59,546 nucleotides of DNA from Veleropilina oligotropha (GCA_048128005.1 JBEUKZ010000066.1:310001-369546); one strand, 5' to 3'. Shown: positions 10,867 to 24,280, counted from the stretch's first letter. Numbers and translations: made by a program. Notes: a model not told the origin generated them from the letters alone.

Positions 10867-13800
10867 AAAACGTTGATGGTGACCATTATTATTCGGCAGA
10901 AGTAGAAACGACACTAAGAAAAACAAAAATGAAATGTCCAGATCGGCCTCAATATTATTATGATGACAATTAATCACTATATTTCAGTTGCATACATATG
11001 TAAAGTTTTTTAAAAAGGCTTTAGATTGAAGACGTAGGTTTACACTAATGAATATTCCTGTATTAAACAGGTTTTATTAAATTTCTATTACAATAAACTG
11101 GAAATTACGCAAATGAATATTCTTGCGTTAAACTGGTTTTATTATTTTTCTATTACATTAACTGTAAATTGATGTTCCTGACACTAATAACTGGCATATT
11201 AAAACATAATTATTATACGGGCGAAATACAAATGCGGTCAGTAATCTAAAAACGCACTACGGGCAGCATATTATAACATTGATCTTTCATGTTTGTATGA
11301 TATTAATTTACGTTTCTCGAATAAATAGTATGGATCACATTTCATTTTTGGGGTAAGAAAATCGCCTTTACATATACCAATGCCACACACATCGATTGTT
11401 AGAAGTTAACAACATTATAGCAAACATTGCCATTTGGGCATTGAGCTGTGAATGCGATTTTTTTATAACATTATATCTTTGTGGGATTGTCTTTCAATAA
11501 CCTTAATGATATGCATTCTGATTTCATGTCATGTCTGGATAATAACGTCCAAAACACTTTATGTATTTGCACATAACTTTTTTATCACAAATCATTGTGG
11601 CTATAAAGCTGTTTATTGTTTCCTAAGCTTCTGTAAACACAGTCATTACTTTTAACTAAATTATTGAAATGATCCTCATTTAGCCAAAAGTAGATTGCCG
11701 GACGTGCATGACGAATCTTAGGTCAAGGGCCCGTTGTAACAAGGTAATTTACATTCAGTTAGTAGTAAATTAGATTCCTTTTTAGTCCGCAAATATTTTG
11801 ACCATCCATGGCCATTAAAGTTTGATCAAAGGTATAATTTACATTAGTCTTAAACATCAAATGTAGCCTACCTGGTGTAAATGCAAATCTGAAAATCATT
11901 AACCAAATGATGATGGTAATTTAATCAGCGTGAACATTTGCATCGACCAGAAAATAGTCCTGAGAGGTGCCGCACTTTAACCTTGGTCGATGATAACATG
12001 TCTTCCTCCGCAAAGTATTAAACGGTACTAATGGTATTGAAGCCGCGTTTTTTATAAATCCATTTCTTATGTATAATGGTATTAATGGCAAAGTTTTCGA
12101 TTCTGGGTTTATAACTGTCCGTGTTCTCGTGTATACACCAGAAGAACAGATGCACGTATACCCACTATATTTATCACTTTTCTTAAGTTAGAACATTTAG
12201 TCGTTTGTTGATGTCCAAGTGCACATGTATATATTTGTTTGCAATATTATTGCTCACGTGATTCATTAAACGATAAACGTGGAACATTGAACCAGTTTCA
12301 TATCAAATAAATGTACTAGACCTACTGTAAAGTATCAATTGGTAGGCCTACACTTCAAAAGAAAAAGTGAAATTTTGCCTTTATCGCGACAAAGTTTTGC
12401 ATGTTATTGTCAATTGTTTATTTTCTGGAAATATGAAAAGCTCATCTCTGTCAAATAAAATAAAAACACACATAACAGATTAAGAGTGTACAGTACACCA
12501 ATGCCTTAGGGCTGTTGGTCTTTCATGCAGTCCGTCGGTCGATAGTTTAATTTCTTTTTCACAGGCGCTTATCGATTGACACAAAGTACCAGCCTTAATT
12601 CAAATGTCATTTTCTGCAAATCACAAATTATTTTAAATCAAAATTAAAATTGCCATGATCAATGCTACGCCAGAAACTTGAGTTAAGTGGTTTTATCGAA
12701 GACAATCAAGCTCATTCGTCGTACACGTTTTCACACATCATCGATCCTTCATATTTCAATCGAATGCCAGTCTAGTATACTCATAACCATGATGTCTAGA
12801 TAGACTGGACGGCGCTTAATTTATCCTCTGGTGGCTTGCAAACCAGTTTTTCTGTTTGCGTTGTGGATATGCATATTATGTAGCCTACATCTCAATATTG
12901 CAATAATATGATCCCGAAAAATCTTCAACCTATTTAATAAAAATATAAGAATTCCGTGGCCGTTTTATGAAAATTAACAAAGCAATCATCGGTATAATTG
13001 TGTATAAATTTATAGTGTTATGACAATAATAATAATAATACAGATTGGATTCAATTTGAACACTTGAATATTTTTCTGGATCTTCCTAACATATATCTAT
13101 CGTTCGCACTTTCGATTATATGTTTTATTCATCGAATATGACCTTACTCCCGTTAACCTGATTGGAATATAAGATATATGATCTGGTTATCTGATAAATG
13201 GGTTTACTCCCACTTGTCCCATTTCACACCTTTTTCTATTCCCAGTTCTCCCACTTTGGATATTAGGTAATCAGTAATCACTGATGAGGTCTCAGCTCAG
13301 CGCTGAGCTGTGTTCAAAAATAATCAGCTCACATTAGATAGATATTTATTTACCTTCTCTATTATAATACATATGTACAGTACAAAGAAACATAATAATT
13401 AATAATGTATTACATAGAGAGGCAGGACGATAGTGGAGTCAGAAGTTGACTGTTCCCATCAGGGTACTATCGCTCTTATAACGTATGCTTTAATCTTAAT
13501 ATTATGACATTTGTAAAGCGTGCGTGCGCGTGTATGAACAAGTGGTGCTTGATTTAAACAATATTTTATTGCCGATGCAATTAGATTGGCGAACAGGCAA
13601 TCCTGCCTATATCAACGTCTCTCTAAACATATGTACAAAAACAATATTAAGGCGGTAATCATATAGATATAAGGATGACAGGTATATTCTAGGTCATATG
13701 AAATATTTGTATTGTATGAAGTTGTGGTATCTGACTCTGACATTTGTGCTAGTAGGAGAAACGATTTAATTAAAACGTCCTGTTGAGGAAATAAATTTTA

Positions 13801-16678
13801 GGACTTGTGAGAAAATTCGCTGATTTATGGCTACACTAAAATTTGCATTTCCGTAAGTAAGCGTCTCGGTAACAAGATAATCGTTTGGTAATATATTAAG
13901 ATGCAGGTGTCTGTCATTATTGTACAAATCACATGCTAATAAGTAATGTGTTGGGTCTTCAACAGCTTGACCACAGCGACAGGACGAGTCATTTGATATA
14001 AATCGCAGGAATTTGTGATAGTTCAAGTTGCTGCAGCACATTCTTATCTGAGCATGAATAATCTGCAAGTTTCGTGAGCCACAGAAGTAATAAGGTGGAG
14101 CTTTTTTATCATTTCTAGCCAAATAGTTTTTAAAATTTACTAATGAATCACCATTTCTGCTTACTAAAAGTAGGTTATTCCAGGTGAGTAAAGTTAAGGG
14201 AATGAAAGATTGAGCATACCGTTGAGTTCTACATCTTATCGATTGTATGTTTTGTGGGTTCCGAAGTTCATAAGGCGTTAGATTTTCAGTAGTGGCTGGT
14301 AAGAGCGACTTCAGATATGATGGACAAAGATTATTAATGATCTTATAAAATAAGATGAGCTTATGTCTAGAACGTCGTTCTTCAAGTGGAATAAATCCAG
14401 TTTCAGAATAAAGAACATTGTGGCTAGTTCCCCGGGGTGCTCCACATATAGTACGCAATGCATCAAGTTGTTGATTCTCAAGTAGGGTTGCTTGAGCTTT
14501 ACTACAATTATGCCAAACCACATCAGCATAATCAAAAACTGGCAAAATAAATGACTGATACAAAGTCAGTAATGCTTTGCGAGAGAGTTTATATTTATTA
14601 CTCCTCAAGCAATTAATCATTGGGCTTATTTTTTCAAATAAGTATCTTATATGAATTTCCCAATCGGCTGAATTTTCAAATATTAATCCTAAGTGTTTAT
14701 GTGAAACTACTTCAGATATTTTTTTATTATTGAATGTTAGGGGTGGATGAATATTAGGTTCCCTTTTATACGAAAACAACATAGATTCCGTTTTCTCTGG
14801 AGAAAACTTTACTTTCCACGTTTCCGCCCATTTGCTAATTTCCTTAAGGTCGTTATTTAGAAAGGTTGCGCTCGTTTCTTTATCGTCTACTATAATATAT
14901 AATGATGTATTGTCAGCGAATAACTTAATATTTAATTTTATATTGGCGACAATCGTTTATGTACACAAGGAACATCAGCGGCCCTAAAACAGAGCCTTGT
15001 TGTACTCCTCCCATAACTGTTCTATCGTCTGAAGTTATGTTATTTAGAATAACACGTTGGGTGCGTTTGCTGAGATAGCTTTTGCACCATTTTAATAGGT
15101 TTCCCCGAATGCCGACAGCATCCAGCTTAGGCAATAGACCACGATGCCAAACTATATCAAAAGCTTTGGATATATCGCAAAAAAATGCTCTGACGTCTCT
15201 CCCATTATCTAACGACTTAACTATAAAATTATACATATCAACTAGTTGATTTACAGAAGAGTCGCCAGGCAAGAATCCGGACTGGTACTTAGTTGTCTAG
15301 AAGAAAATTGAAAACATATTTAAAAATGCACTTCTCAAAAACTTTTCCAATCGAACTTATTAAAGAAATTGGTCTGTAATTGTTGCAAGAGTTTTTATCA
15401 TTCTTTTTGTGAATTGGTATAATATTTGCACACTTCCAAGGGTTGGGGAAGCAATACACGGCTAACGATTTATTAAAAATTAGTAATAGTGGAAGAGTTA
15501 ACTCATCTGATAACATTTTTAAGATTTTATTATTAATTTTATCGGGTCCACAAGACGTTTTATAATTTAGTGAACACAACGCGTCATGAACATCTATAGG
15601 CTATTTAATTCTAGCGTCGAAAGAGAATTTTCAAGTCTGGTTACGTTCGGTAAAGGATCGTCGTCACCATCGATCAAGATTTGGTCTGCAAAAAAGTTAT
15701 TAAATAAATTGGCCTTATCCATTTCATCATACACGACATTTCCATCATGTATTAAAGGTATCGCTTCTACATTAGAGGAATGACCTTGGTTTTTAAGATC
15801 TTTAATTAGTTTCCACCATTTTTGTTCTCCAAACATATGAGGATCATTTATTTTCTGCTCTAAAGTTGAATAGTATGCGTGTTTTGCGCGACGAATATCC
15901 ATAATTGTCGTGTTACGCGCTCGCCTAAAATTTTCCCAATGTTCCGTTGTGTTGTGCGCTTTTGCGCGTGCATGGATGCGTTTGCGTTTACGTATTAGCC
16001 GTCTAATTGTACCAGTCATCCAAGGAACATCATTAGGGCGAATTAGAACAGTTTTGTTCGGAATAGTTTCCCTTAAAGCATTATTTAGTATGGATGTGAA
16101 AATATTTACTGCAGTATCTGGGTTTTCGTCACAAATTAAGTTTACCCAATTTGTAGAATTTATTTTTTCTTTTAACACTATTTCATTTATTTTTGAATAA
16201 TCCCAAATTATCCGATGATAATTTTCTCTTGAAGGCTTTATATGTTTCAATATTAATTCGACTGGACAGTGATCACTGCGTATTGGAGTTAAGACTGCTG
16301 ATGACGAAACGAAATTGACACAAGTAACCATAATTAGGTCAAGTATTGACGCGCTTGTGTCTGTGATACGAGTAATAATAATAATAATATTTATTTATTC
16401 AGCTGTAAACATTTAAAACGTTTTTAGCCATGTATATTATTTACAGACATACAAATGACAAAGTAAATATACAAAACATCACGTAATGTAATGTACAGAC
16501 ATGTATACAAACATAGATACATCTATAAAGGTATATTTATGAATCATATGATGTAAAATAGATCAGTTCAATGGTAAATACTTATATAAATTCCTAATAA
16601 TCTAATAATACGAACAAATAATGGATGATGGCGGACACGAGCAAAAGTTGTTGTTGTGAGATGCAATCAGTGATGTAT

Positions 16679-18664
16679 TTACAATTCTGTAGGTTTATTT
16701 CGTAGCAGTAGAGCATGTTTAAGGTAAATCCCGAGATTAGACAGTGTTTTTATATTGGATTTCATTAAGTTCGTGAATTTTTGCTGATTTGGCCATCTTG
16801 TGTAGTATTTAGGGAGATATTTAATGCGTATGTCTCTATACTTGGGGCAAGCGAGAACGAAATGATATTCGTCTTCGACGACACGTAATGTACAATGCTG
16901 ACACAACCTATTTTGTCTTTCAATTCCATTAAATCTACCCTCTTCCACTGCTATTTTAAGTGTCCCACTTCTGATTTCTGAAATTAATTTTCTGCTTGTA
17001 GTATTTTGCAATGATAGGTACTTTTCGAAGTCTATTGATAATTTGAAGGTAACATAATGCTTTAGCTTAGATGTGTTTTGAATAGAGTCATGCCAACATT
17101 GTTTAAACTGGTCATGCAGTCGCTGCAGAATTAAGTCTAGAGGAATGTGAATTGTATCTTGTTCAAGCCAATATTTGTTAAAACCAAGCTCGTACAAAAC
17201 GTCCCGTACACAAGATGCCCAATTAACAACATTGTTTAATTCACTCTGTTGCCTTGTATGATTATATATTTTGTACAATAAAGTAGTTCTATTGTTAATT
17301 AATTTTACCCAGTATTTTAATATTTTTTCTTTTCGCAAGATCGACATGGGAACTCTTTCGAGTTCGCCATATGAAAAGAAATTTGTCGCTCGTTGACTAA
17401 TCTGTAACACTTTACGACAGAATTTCATATGTATCTTTTCAACTTCGACACCTTTATTGAAGCCCCATACTTCCGCTGCGTAATTTAAAACTGGGCATAG
17501 CAGTGTGTCGAACATGCTTAACTGTGTATGGATTGGAAAGTTGTACTGTTTGAACATTTGATTTAGTGCACTTAGGGCTATTTCCCCCTGTTGTGCTTGT
17601 CTCTTTTGGGTGTATTGGAGGTTGCCACTTTTGTGCAGTAATACACCCAAATATGTGAAGGATTCAACCTGTTCAATTGTGCTGTTATTATATTTAAAAA
17701 CATAATTACACAGTCGTCTTTTCTTAGTAAACAATACAGTTTTTGTTTTGTTGATGTTTACGGTAATATTCCATTTGTTACAGTAGTGTTCTAATTGATC
17801 TAGTTGGTGTTGTAATTCATCTTCGGATGTTGCGAATAGCACTGAATCATCGGCAAAAAGCAAGTAAAATATAATTAGGTTTTCAATTTCTATCAAGTCA
17901 TTGTTATTTCTTGGTAAGTAGTTAGACATAAAATCATTGATGAAAAATAGAAAAAGTAGTGGAGACATGGGCTCACCTTGCTTCACACCTTGAAAACTTT
18001 GGAATGGATCCGACACCACAAAATCATGTTTTACACTTATATCAACATGATAATACATACTCTTAACCATTTTAATAAATTTGGTGCTTACGCCTCCATT
18101 CCAAAGTTTAAAATATAAAACATCTCTGTTAACCTTATCAAAGGCTTTCTGGAAGTCTATAAAAGCGCAATATAAAGTTTTATTTCTGTTAATAGTGTTT
18201 GTGATTAGATTGTGTAAGATGAAGATGCAGTCAGTGGTACTGCGATCGGGTCTAAAACCGAATTTATTAGGATTTAATTTATTATTTAACTCTGCCCATT
18301 TCAATAATCTGTTGTTTAAAATAGAAGAAAATATTTTCCCGAAAACGCTAGAAATACATATTGCTCGATAATTATTGGGGTCAGAAAGATCCCCCTTTTT
18401 AGGGATTGGCACAAGGATTCCAGTGGACCACGCTTTTGGAAACATGTTTCTATCGTAAATGATATTGAACAATTTGCATAAAAGTGGCAAGAGAGAATCT
18501 ATAGAATCAATGAACATTTCGGATATTAGTTGATCTACGCCGGAACCTTTGTGCCTTTTAAGTTTCTTTATTGCTTGATTGATTTCGATAGATGTTATTT
18601 CGTCATCAAGACAGTCAATTGACCTGGGCAGTTCTTCAAGGTCAGCACTAGCCTCACTGATCAT
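16679..18664 (-). CDS. Reverse transcriptase region of the RTE-X-like LINE
   Basis: 661-aa open frame with NYRAI, FIDFQKAFD, GVKQGEPMSP, LFADD, FTYLG and C-terminal EEGRF..RLCQHC..VEDEYHFVLAC. Confidence 0.9.
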   Translation of the reverse strand: MISEASADLEELPRSIDCLDDEITSIEINQAIKKLKRHKGSGVDQLISEMFIDSIDSLLPLLCKLFNIIYDRNMFPKAWSTGILVPIPKKGDLSDPNNYRAICISSVFGKIFSSILNNRLLKWAELNNKLNPNKFGFRPDRSTTDCIFILHNLITNTINRNKTLYCAFIDFQKAFDKVNRDVLYFKLWNGGVSTKFIKMVKSMYYHVDISVKHDFVVSDPFQSFQGVKQGEPMSPLLFLFFINDFMSNYLPRNNNDLIEIENLIIFYLLFADDSVLFATSEDELQHQLDQLEHYCNKWNITVNINKTKTVLFTKKRRLCNYVFKYNNSTIEQVESFTYLGVLLHKSGNLQYTQKRQAQQGEIALSALNQMFKQYNFPIHTQLSMFDTLLCPVLNYAAEVWGFNKGVEVEKIHMKFCRKVLQISQRATNFFSYGELERVPMSILRKEKILKYWVKLINNRTTLLYKIYNHTRQQSELNNVVNWASCVRDVLYELGFNKYWLEQDTIHIPLDLILQRLHDQFKQCWHDSIQNTSKLKHYVTFKLSIDFEKYLSLQNTTSRKLISEIRSGTLKIAVEEGRFNGIERQNRLCQHCTLRVVEDEYHFVLACPKYRDIRIKYLPKYYTRWPNQQKFTNLMKSNIKTLSNLGIYLKHALLLRNKPTEL

Positions 18665-19248
18665 TCGATTGGTTTATTGTGGTATTTGTTGCGGTAGTGT
18701 CCCAAACAGGTCTTTATAATGTTGAATAAATTCGTTATTATTTGGGACTTGGGTGTTTTTGGATTTATATTTGTGTTTTTTTACAGTTTTCCAGAATTTA
18801 CGGGGTTCGCACTTTGCAATTTTACCGAGTTCTCTTCCCTTCTTATTTTTATAATTATATACAGCAGATTTCTTTGCCTTAACATACTCATTTCTTGCGT
18901 TCAAGAAATTAATTCTATTTTCATTATTACGACAGCGTTTGTAAGCATTCCGTTCTTTGTGAAACTTTCTCTTTCGGGTTTTGCAATCTTGATTGAACCA
19001 CTGGTTATTATAATGTCTAGAGTTATTACGGATAATTTTAGTTTGGCCGAAAAATTTGAATGAAATATCATATATGGATTTCGACAGGGCTGTCACTACC
19101 TCATCAATATCGACGCTATTTGTGTTATTATCGAGGTTGTTCTGGAAAGCAAGAGTAAGTTTGGAAATTTCGTTATTATATTGATGAATCTTATCGATAT
19201 CCCACTGTATAAAAGATGCAGTTCTTTCTGATTGGGTTATATTTGGAT

Positions 19249-21232
19249 GGTATATTCGCATCTAATCGAAAACCGAAATATCAGAGTTCGCATCTAGTCG
19301 AAAATGCAAAATTGTTTGAAGTAACCGACATGCCTCCGAGTTGGTGTAATCGGATTAACCTATTGATGTTACCGACACCTTAACGTGAAATCAGTGAGTA
19401 TTAAATTTAATACTGACAAAAATACTGACTACTTCTCAGGTCTAAAAAGTATATATATATGTTACGTAAATTATGAAGCTCCATTCATTTTCATAATGGC
19501 AAATGCTCAGATAAATGTAGAATTTCTTCCAACCAATCGCAAAAACGGTCGTTAAATCGCCTGGTAAGGATTTCTTTATAAAGTGAACAAAGTTAACCAC
19601 GATGAGACGTATTGGAAATGTTTTACATTAAGATGCAAGCGACTCTCTGTACGATCAATGATCATATCCAAAGTTGGACCAGAACACAATCACGCTACAG
19701 TGGATACGGACATCACAACCCTTAAAATAAAGAATAGCTGTAGACAACGCGCAAAGAAAGAAGTAACCCCGAAGCCGACCCTTTACGAAGAAGAACTGTC
19801 CAAACTACGACGAGGCCCATGGACCGACGAAACGTACAACGTCGCGGAAAACCTGCCAACGTTCACATCTATAAAGGATAGTTACACTACGAAAGAAAAA
19901 GGCTCTTCCCACATCTACCAAGTTCACGTGAAACCTGTGAAATTCCAAACGAGTGGAAATTAACCAATGCCGGCGAACAATTCTTGATAATCGACGATGG
20001 AGATTCCGAACGTATCCTTGCTTTTGCAACCAACGAGAACATCCGACATCTGTGTGCAACAGCCACCATATACGGTGATGGAACTTTCTACGTATCGCCT
20101 AACATATTCACGCACCTGTACACGATTCATGCTATTATTGATGGCAATATGTTTCCCTTGGTGTTCTGTCTTTTGCCCAACAAGAAGCGAAAGCCTGTTC
20201 CGTCTTCTGTTGGAATGCGCCAACAGCCAAAACTTAATTCTATCGCCACATACCATGCAAATGGACTTCGAGGCTGCCAACAGAAACGCTATCGTTAGCA
20301 TATTTCCAAACACAAACTAGAAAGGGTGTTAATTTCATTACACGCGGTGCATATGGATAAAAACACAACAACTTGGTCTGCAGGAAGACTATAAAGAAAA
20401 TGTAGACATTCAAACTTTTGTGAGATTAGCTGCTGTTCTTCCGTTAGTGCCAGAGCATTTGGTGGAAGAAGGCTGGTCGTATGCCATATCGGTAATGCCA
20501 GATGATGGGAGATGCCTTCGTCTATCCGACTACGTTGTCAACCAATGGCTGGAAGGAGAACTGACGATATCCGAATGGAATCACGACACCACCATCGGGC
20601 CTCGTACGAAGAATCACCTTGAAGTTTGGCACAGGAAGATAAACACGCAGACACAGAAGGCACATCCCAACGTTTTCGAACTAATAAACGAACTTCGGCG
20701 CATCCAGTCCAGCAATGAAGTGAAAATTGTGCAATACAACGCCGGCAAAAGATTCATCCAAAGAACAACGAAGATTAGAACATCTTCAACAGAGACATCG
20801 TAACAACGAAATCAACATGTTCGAATTCGCAAGAGCTGCATCATTTTTGTCTAAGTTAGGTAACTAGTCAGTGAATATAAATATGTCGTACTATGTCATA
20901 TATTTACATGTAAATTAGATAACTACTGTTGTTCGTATTACTTATATATATTCACGGATTGTGTCATCGAATGTATTTTGTATATTTGTTAATACTGTAT
21001 ATATATATGTATATTTAAATATATTATTTTTGCTCTCCAAATAAATATCTATCAACATTCTCAATATTAATTTTGTTCATTTTTGCGCAATTGGAGCTTC
21101 ATTGGATTAATTAGTGACTAAGCTCCGTGGTTACTGAAACGGAACCATCATATATTTTTCGCATCCAATCGAAACACGCCTGACTGATTTCATCTAGATT
21201 CAATTCGATTTTCGATTAGATGCGAATAAACC
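19249..21232 (+). mobile_element. Mutator-like (MULE) DNA transposon, both ends present, defective transposase
   Basis: ~29-bp TIR GGT(A/T)TATTCGCATCTAATCGAAAA(C/T)CGAA, perfect 8-bp TSD ATTTGGAT (19241-19248, 21233-21240), internal transposase remnants. Confidence 0.92.
19496..20865 (+). pseudogene. MULE transposase pseudogene (FLYWCH-like zinc finger plus DDE)
   Basis: GFLYK..YWKC..HNH; YGDGTFYVSPNIFTHLYTIH; MDFEAA..FP; GC*FHY; RTKNHLEVWHRKIN..HPNVF, spread over several frames with stops. Confidence 0.9.
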
Positions 21233-22804
21233 ATTTGGATTTGTATCACAGTGGGTTTTGATAGAAAATTCAACAGGCACGTGGTCAGAAAACTCGGTAG
21301 AATCTCCAATATTAAAGGTGTGCAGAAGCTGAAAGTGCTCATGTGATAATAGAAGGTAATCAACCACACTAGAGCCAGAAGGTGTGAAGCAAGTGAATGC
21401 ACCGATGTCATTGTCTGAGCCAAGTCGACCGTTCGCGATTAATTTGTCAGTTTTAGCACATAATAGCAACAAGCGACGTCCAAAATTATTGACAACTTTG
21501 TCCTCGCTTGATCTTTTTGGTAGTGAAAAGGCATTATTTTCTGAGGAAAACTCAAGGTTATCGAGAATATGATCTTGATTTGGGTTTCTAATAATATCGT
21601 TGTCTATCCCAGTGCGTGAATTAAAATCACCACAACAAATTACAACACCACTCTGACTATATAAATTGATATCATATTCTAAGACATTAAAAAAGTATTC
21701 CTTATCTATTTCATTAAAGAAACTAGAGCTTATGGGGGGTATATATACAAGTGATAAAAATATGTCGTCGCTCACATGAAAGAATGACTTTTTTAGTTTA
21801 ACCCAAAGTATGCCGGCAGTGTCTCGTTTCGCAATCGTAATTCCCTCTGTAGGTTCATCTATCAGCTGTGATAGATTGTATGACAGGATTATATTTTGCA
21901 GGTGCGTAAAAGAACGAGATGAGATGTCAGAGTTAAAATCGCCCATGATCACACAGTGATTTATGTTACTATCTCGGGCTTGACCAATAGACTCATCAAT
22001 TAAGTGCCAATAATAATCACGTGCTGAAGGGGGTCGATAGAATGTTCCTAATGCAAATTTAGAATTAATGCAAGTTATTTCTACCCAAAGCGTCTAGTGG
22101 TGCTTATGAGTATGATGTGCGTATAATATTTCAAGTTAAATACTGTTTGGGTAACTTCCATGCATATAGTTACTAGTTTGTAGTAATGTAATCCTAGTAT
22201 GAAATCCTACACTTTTTATAAGATGTCTATGATATATGTTATATATATACTGCCTGACTTTGATTCTCTTTGTCATAAGGTGTTAATGGGATTAGTCAGT
22301 TCTGTCCATATTCTCACTTGTACCGCTCCCAACTTGGTCATTTTGATACCCAAATATCCAAAAGTGGGACAAGTGGGAACACCCCGATAAATCGACCCTT
22401 AAACCAGGCAGCACAATGAAACACATGCATTTCTGAATTTGGAGGGGGGGGGGTCAGGACCCCTGTATTCGCTAGTGAATAAAATATGTACGAAATAGCG
22501 TACTACAAACAAAGAAACTTTCAATGAAATAAACATTATATAATTATTACACTTCTGAAATTAAATGACACCAAAAATTGTTTTACATAATTATACACTG
22601 TAGTACTCTAAACATTAAGAAAACACAGTCTTGTATGGTGACTCTGAATCAAATAGGGGGGTAATGTTTGGTGTGGTTTAGGAATTTTTTACTGTAATTT
22701 ATGAATTTAATTATGAATAGGGCCTGGTCTACCCGATATTGGCATCCTTAACTAATCGTACAGTATTGTGTTTTTCGACATATAGATAATTTAATGTACC
22801 TCCA

Positions 22805-23150
22805 CTACCCGGTAGTGTAATGGTTAAGAGCGTGGCTCCCAGGTAACTCTTTCGACTGCTATGATTAACATAAGTGTGTTCTAATCCTCGACGGAGCACT
22901 CTTTGTTAAATTAACGGTAACGTGTGTCCGGGCAAGGAATAGACAAGTGTCCATATTATCGTCGCCAGGGGATACCCGCCCTCTCCGACCAGTTACAGAC
23001 AACTGTGATTCATAAACAAATAGTGTCATATCCCAACAGCGATTCGAACCAACTACTGTTCTCGTCTGAGCGGGTATCGGGGCGGCTGTGTCCGGGCAAG
23101 ATTTCCCCCCTCGATCATATTTACATATCTTGATATGAGCCTGAATGCAT
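22805..23150. mobile_element. Plus-strand SINE interrupted by a minus-strand copy of apparently the same family
   Basis: Head GGTAGTGTAATGGTTAAGAGCG at 22811. Insert 22937-23086 flanked by a perfect 14-bp direct repeat TGTGTCCGGGCAAG (22923-22936, 23087-23100). Confidence 0.65.
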
Positions 23151-24034
23151 AGTGTAATAATGGGACATAGGCATCAACCAAAAGCAAAGATCCAAGCCAA
23201 ACAGACAATTCTTCTACATAGAGAAATTTATTTGACATATAATCTGGAACAGGTGGCAGTGAGAAGCTTATGGCGACCTATCAGAAAATTCGAATAAATC
23301 TAATGATGTGAACTCTGTCATCTAAACAACCATTCATATAGCTATTTGCCTTTGAAACAAAACAATGCGACGGACAGTGCAGCAGTAATCTGGTCAACAT
23401 TTATTATTTTTAATAATTATGAAATAGTTTGCGTTCTTCAGCAGGTAGTCTGCATTACTCCTACGCAACAATGCGATTTGTACATCAACAAAGTGTGTCA
23501 ATATGTGCTTTCCATGTCAAAATGTGAGCGCAAAGTACTATTTCAACTAAATTACATTTAATAACGTGAATATTTAGCGCAATTTCCATGGCACATTATT
23601 ACGATTGTTTGTGACACAATGATTTGGTTTTACGTATATTAATTACCATGCCAATGTCACGACACCACGCATCGATATCTTTGTTTAATATTTTCTCTCA
23701 AAATCTTGATATCTAGACTTGAAGAGTGATTTGTTAATGCATATTTTTCTTTCCTATCACATAGAGATTAAAATAGATTTGATAAACTTAAGTGCTGACT
23801 TGTGAAGCAAAATATAAAAGTCAACTAAATCAAAGGCATTTTTGTAAATTTGGACGTGTTCTGAGATGACCATGCATGAACGATGTTCCAATTGGACATC
23901 AATCAACGAACCAAAGACGATACAATATAATATGAATACCGTGAGCTTCAATTTTGATCTGATCGCCCATTGCCATCTCGGTATTAACGTTGCTCCTAAT
24001 CCGCTCGTAACGATGGCTAGGGAGGGAGGAATGA

Positions 24035-24280
24035 TGCTTAATATCCTGTATATTTACAACATCGAGGTTCAAGGCAGGACATGTCCGTGTTATCGCTGGA
24101 GGAAACCACGGTCGCCCGGGTAAACCCGCTTTATTCGGCCAGTCACGGACAACTGTGACTCATAACTTGAACAAACTTAAATGCCTCAGCCAGGTATTGA
24201 AACCACTACTGTTCGCATTAGCGGAATCAAGCCAGTAAATTTAGAGTGGACACTCTACCCACTGCGCTGCCGAAGCGGCC
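24035..24280 (-). mobile_element. tRNA-derived SINE (V-domain-like family)
   Basis: Colinear with 10393-10625; minus strand GGCCGCTTCGGCAGCGCAGTGGG head and GGGTTTACCCGGGCGACCGTGGTTTCCTCC motif. Confidence 0.8.

Larger units (their letters stand above)
16375..21848 (-). mobile_element. 5'-truncated RTE-X-like LINE split by a MULE insertion
   Basis: Endonuclease (YIPP, CGDFNSRTG, SVVDYLL, SDH; 21233-21848) is in frame with 18674-19248 after TSD removal. One in-frame TAA at 18674-18676. AATAAA plus (TAT)n tail at 16373-16398. Confidence 0.88.
13335..22093 (-). mobile_element. 5'-truncated, frameshifted CR1-clade LINE split by an RTE-X insertion
   Basis: Endonuclease motifs FYRPP, IMGDFN, IDEPT (21849-22093) resume as RITDTSASILDL and SDH at 16372. 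RT motifs NYRPISL, DISKAFD, QGSVLGP; C-terminal CRCG..ED..H...C. ORF pieces 15594-16331, 15289-15579, 14925-15272, 13766-14782. AATAAA plus (TATC)n tail near 13335-13351. Confidence 0.92.
13200..22385. mobile_element. Small non-autonomous TIR element (~430 bp of own sequence) hosting three nested insertions
   Basis: Left GGGGTTTACTCCCACTTGTCCCA...CCCACTTTGGATATTAGGTA versus reverse-complemented right GGGGTGTTCCCACTTGTCCCACTTTTGGATATTTGGGTA. Flanking direct repeat GATAAAT (13193-13199, 22386-22392), or 8 bp with one C/T mismatch. Confidence 0.75.

Noticed and set aside
15586..19063. Plus-strand ORFs overlapping the LINEs (also antisense ORFs over the other CR1 copies and fuseless exons)
   Set aside because: Antisense or alternate-frame shadows of real coding sequence.
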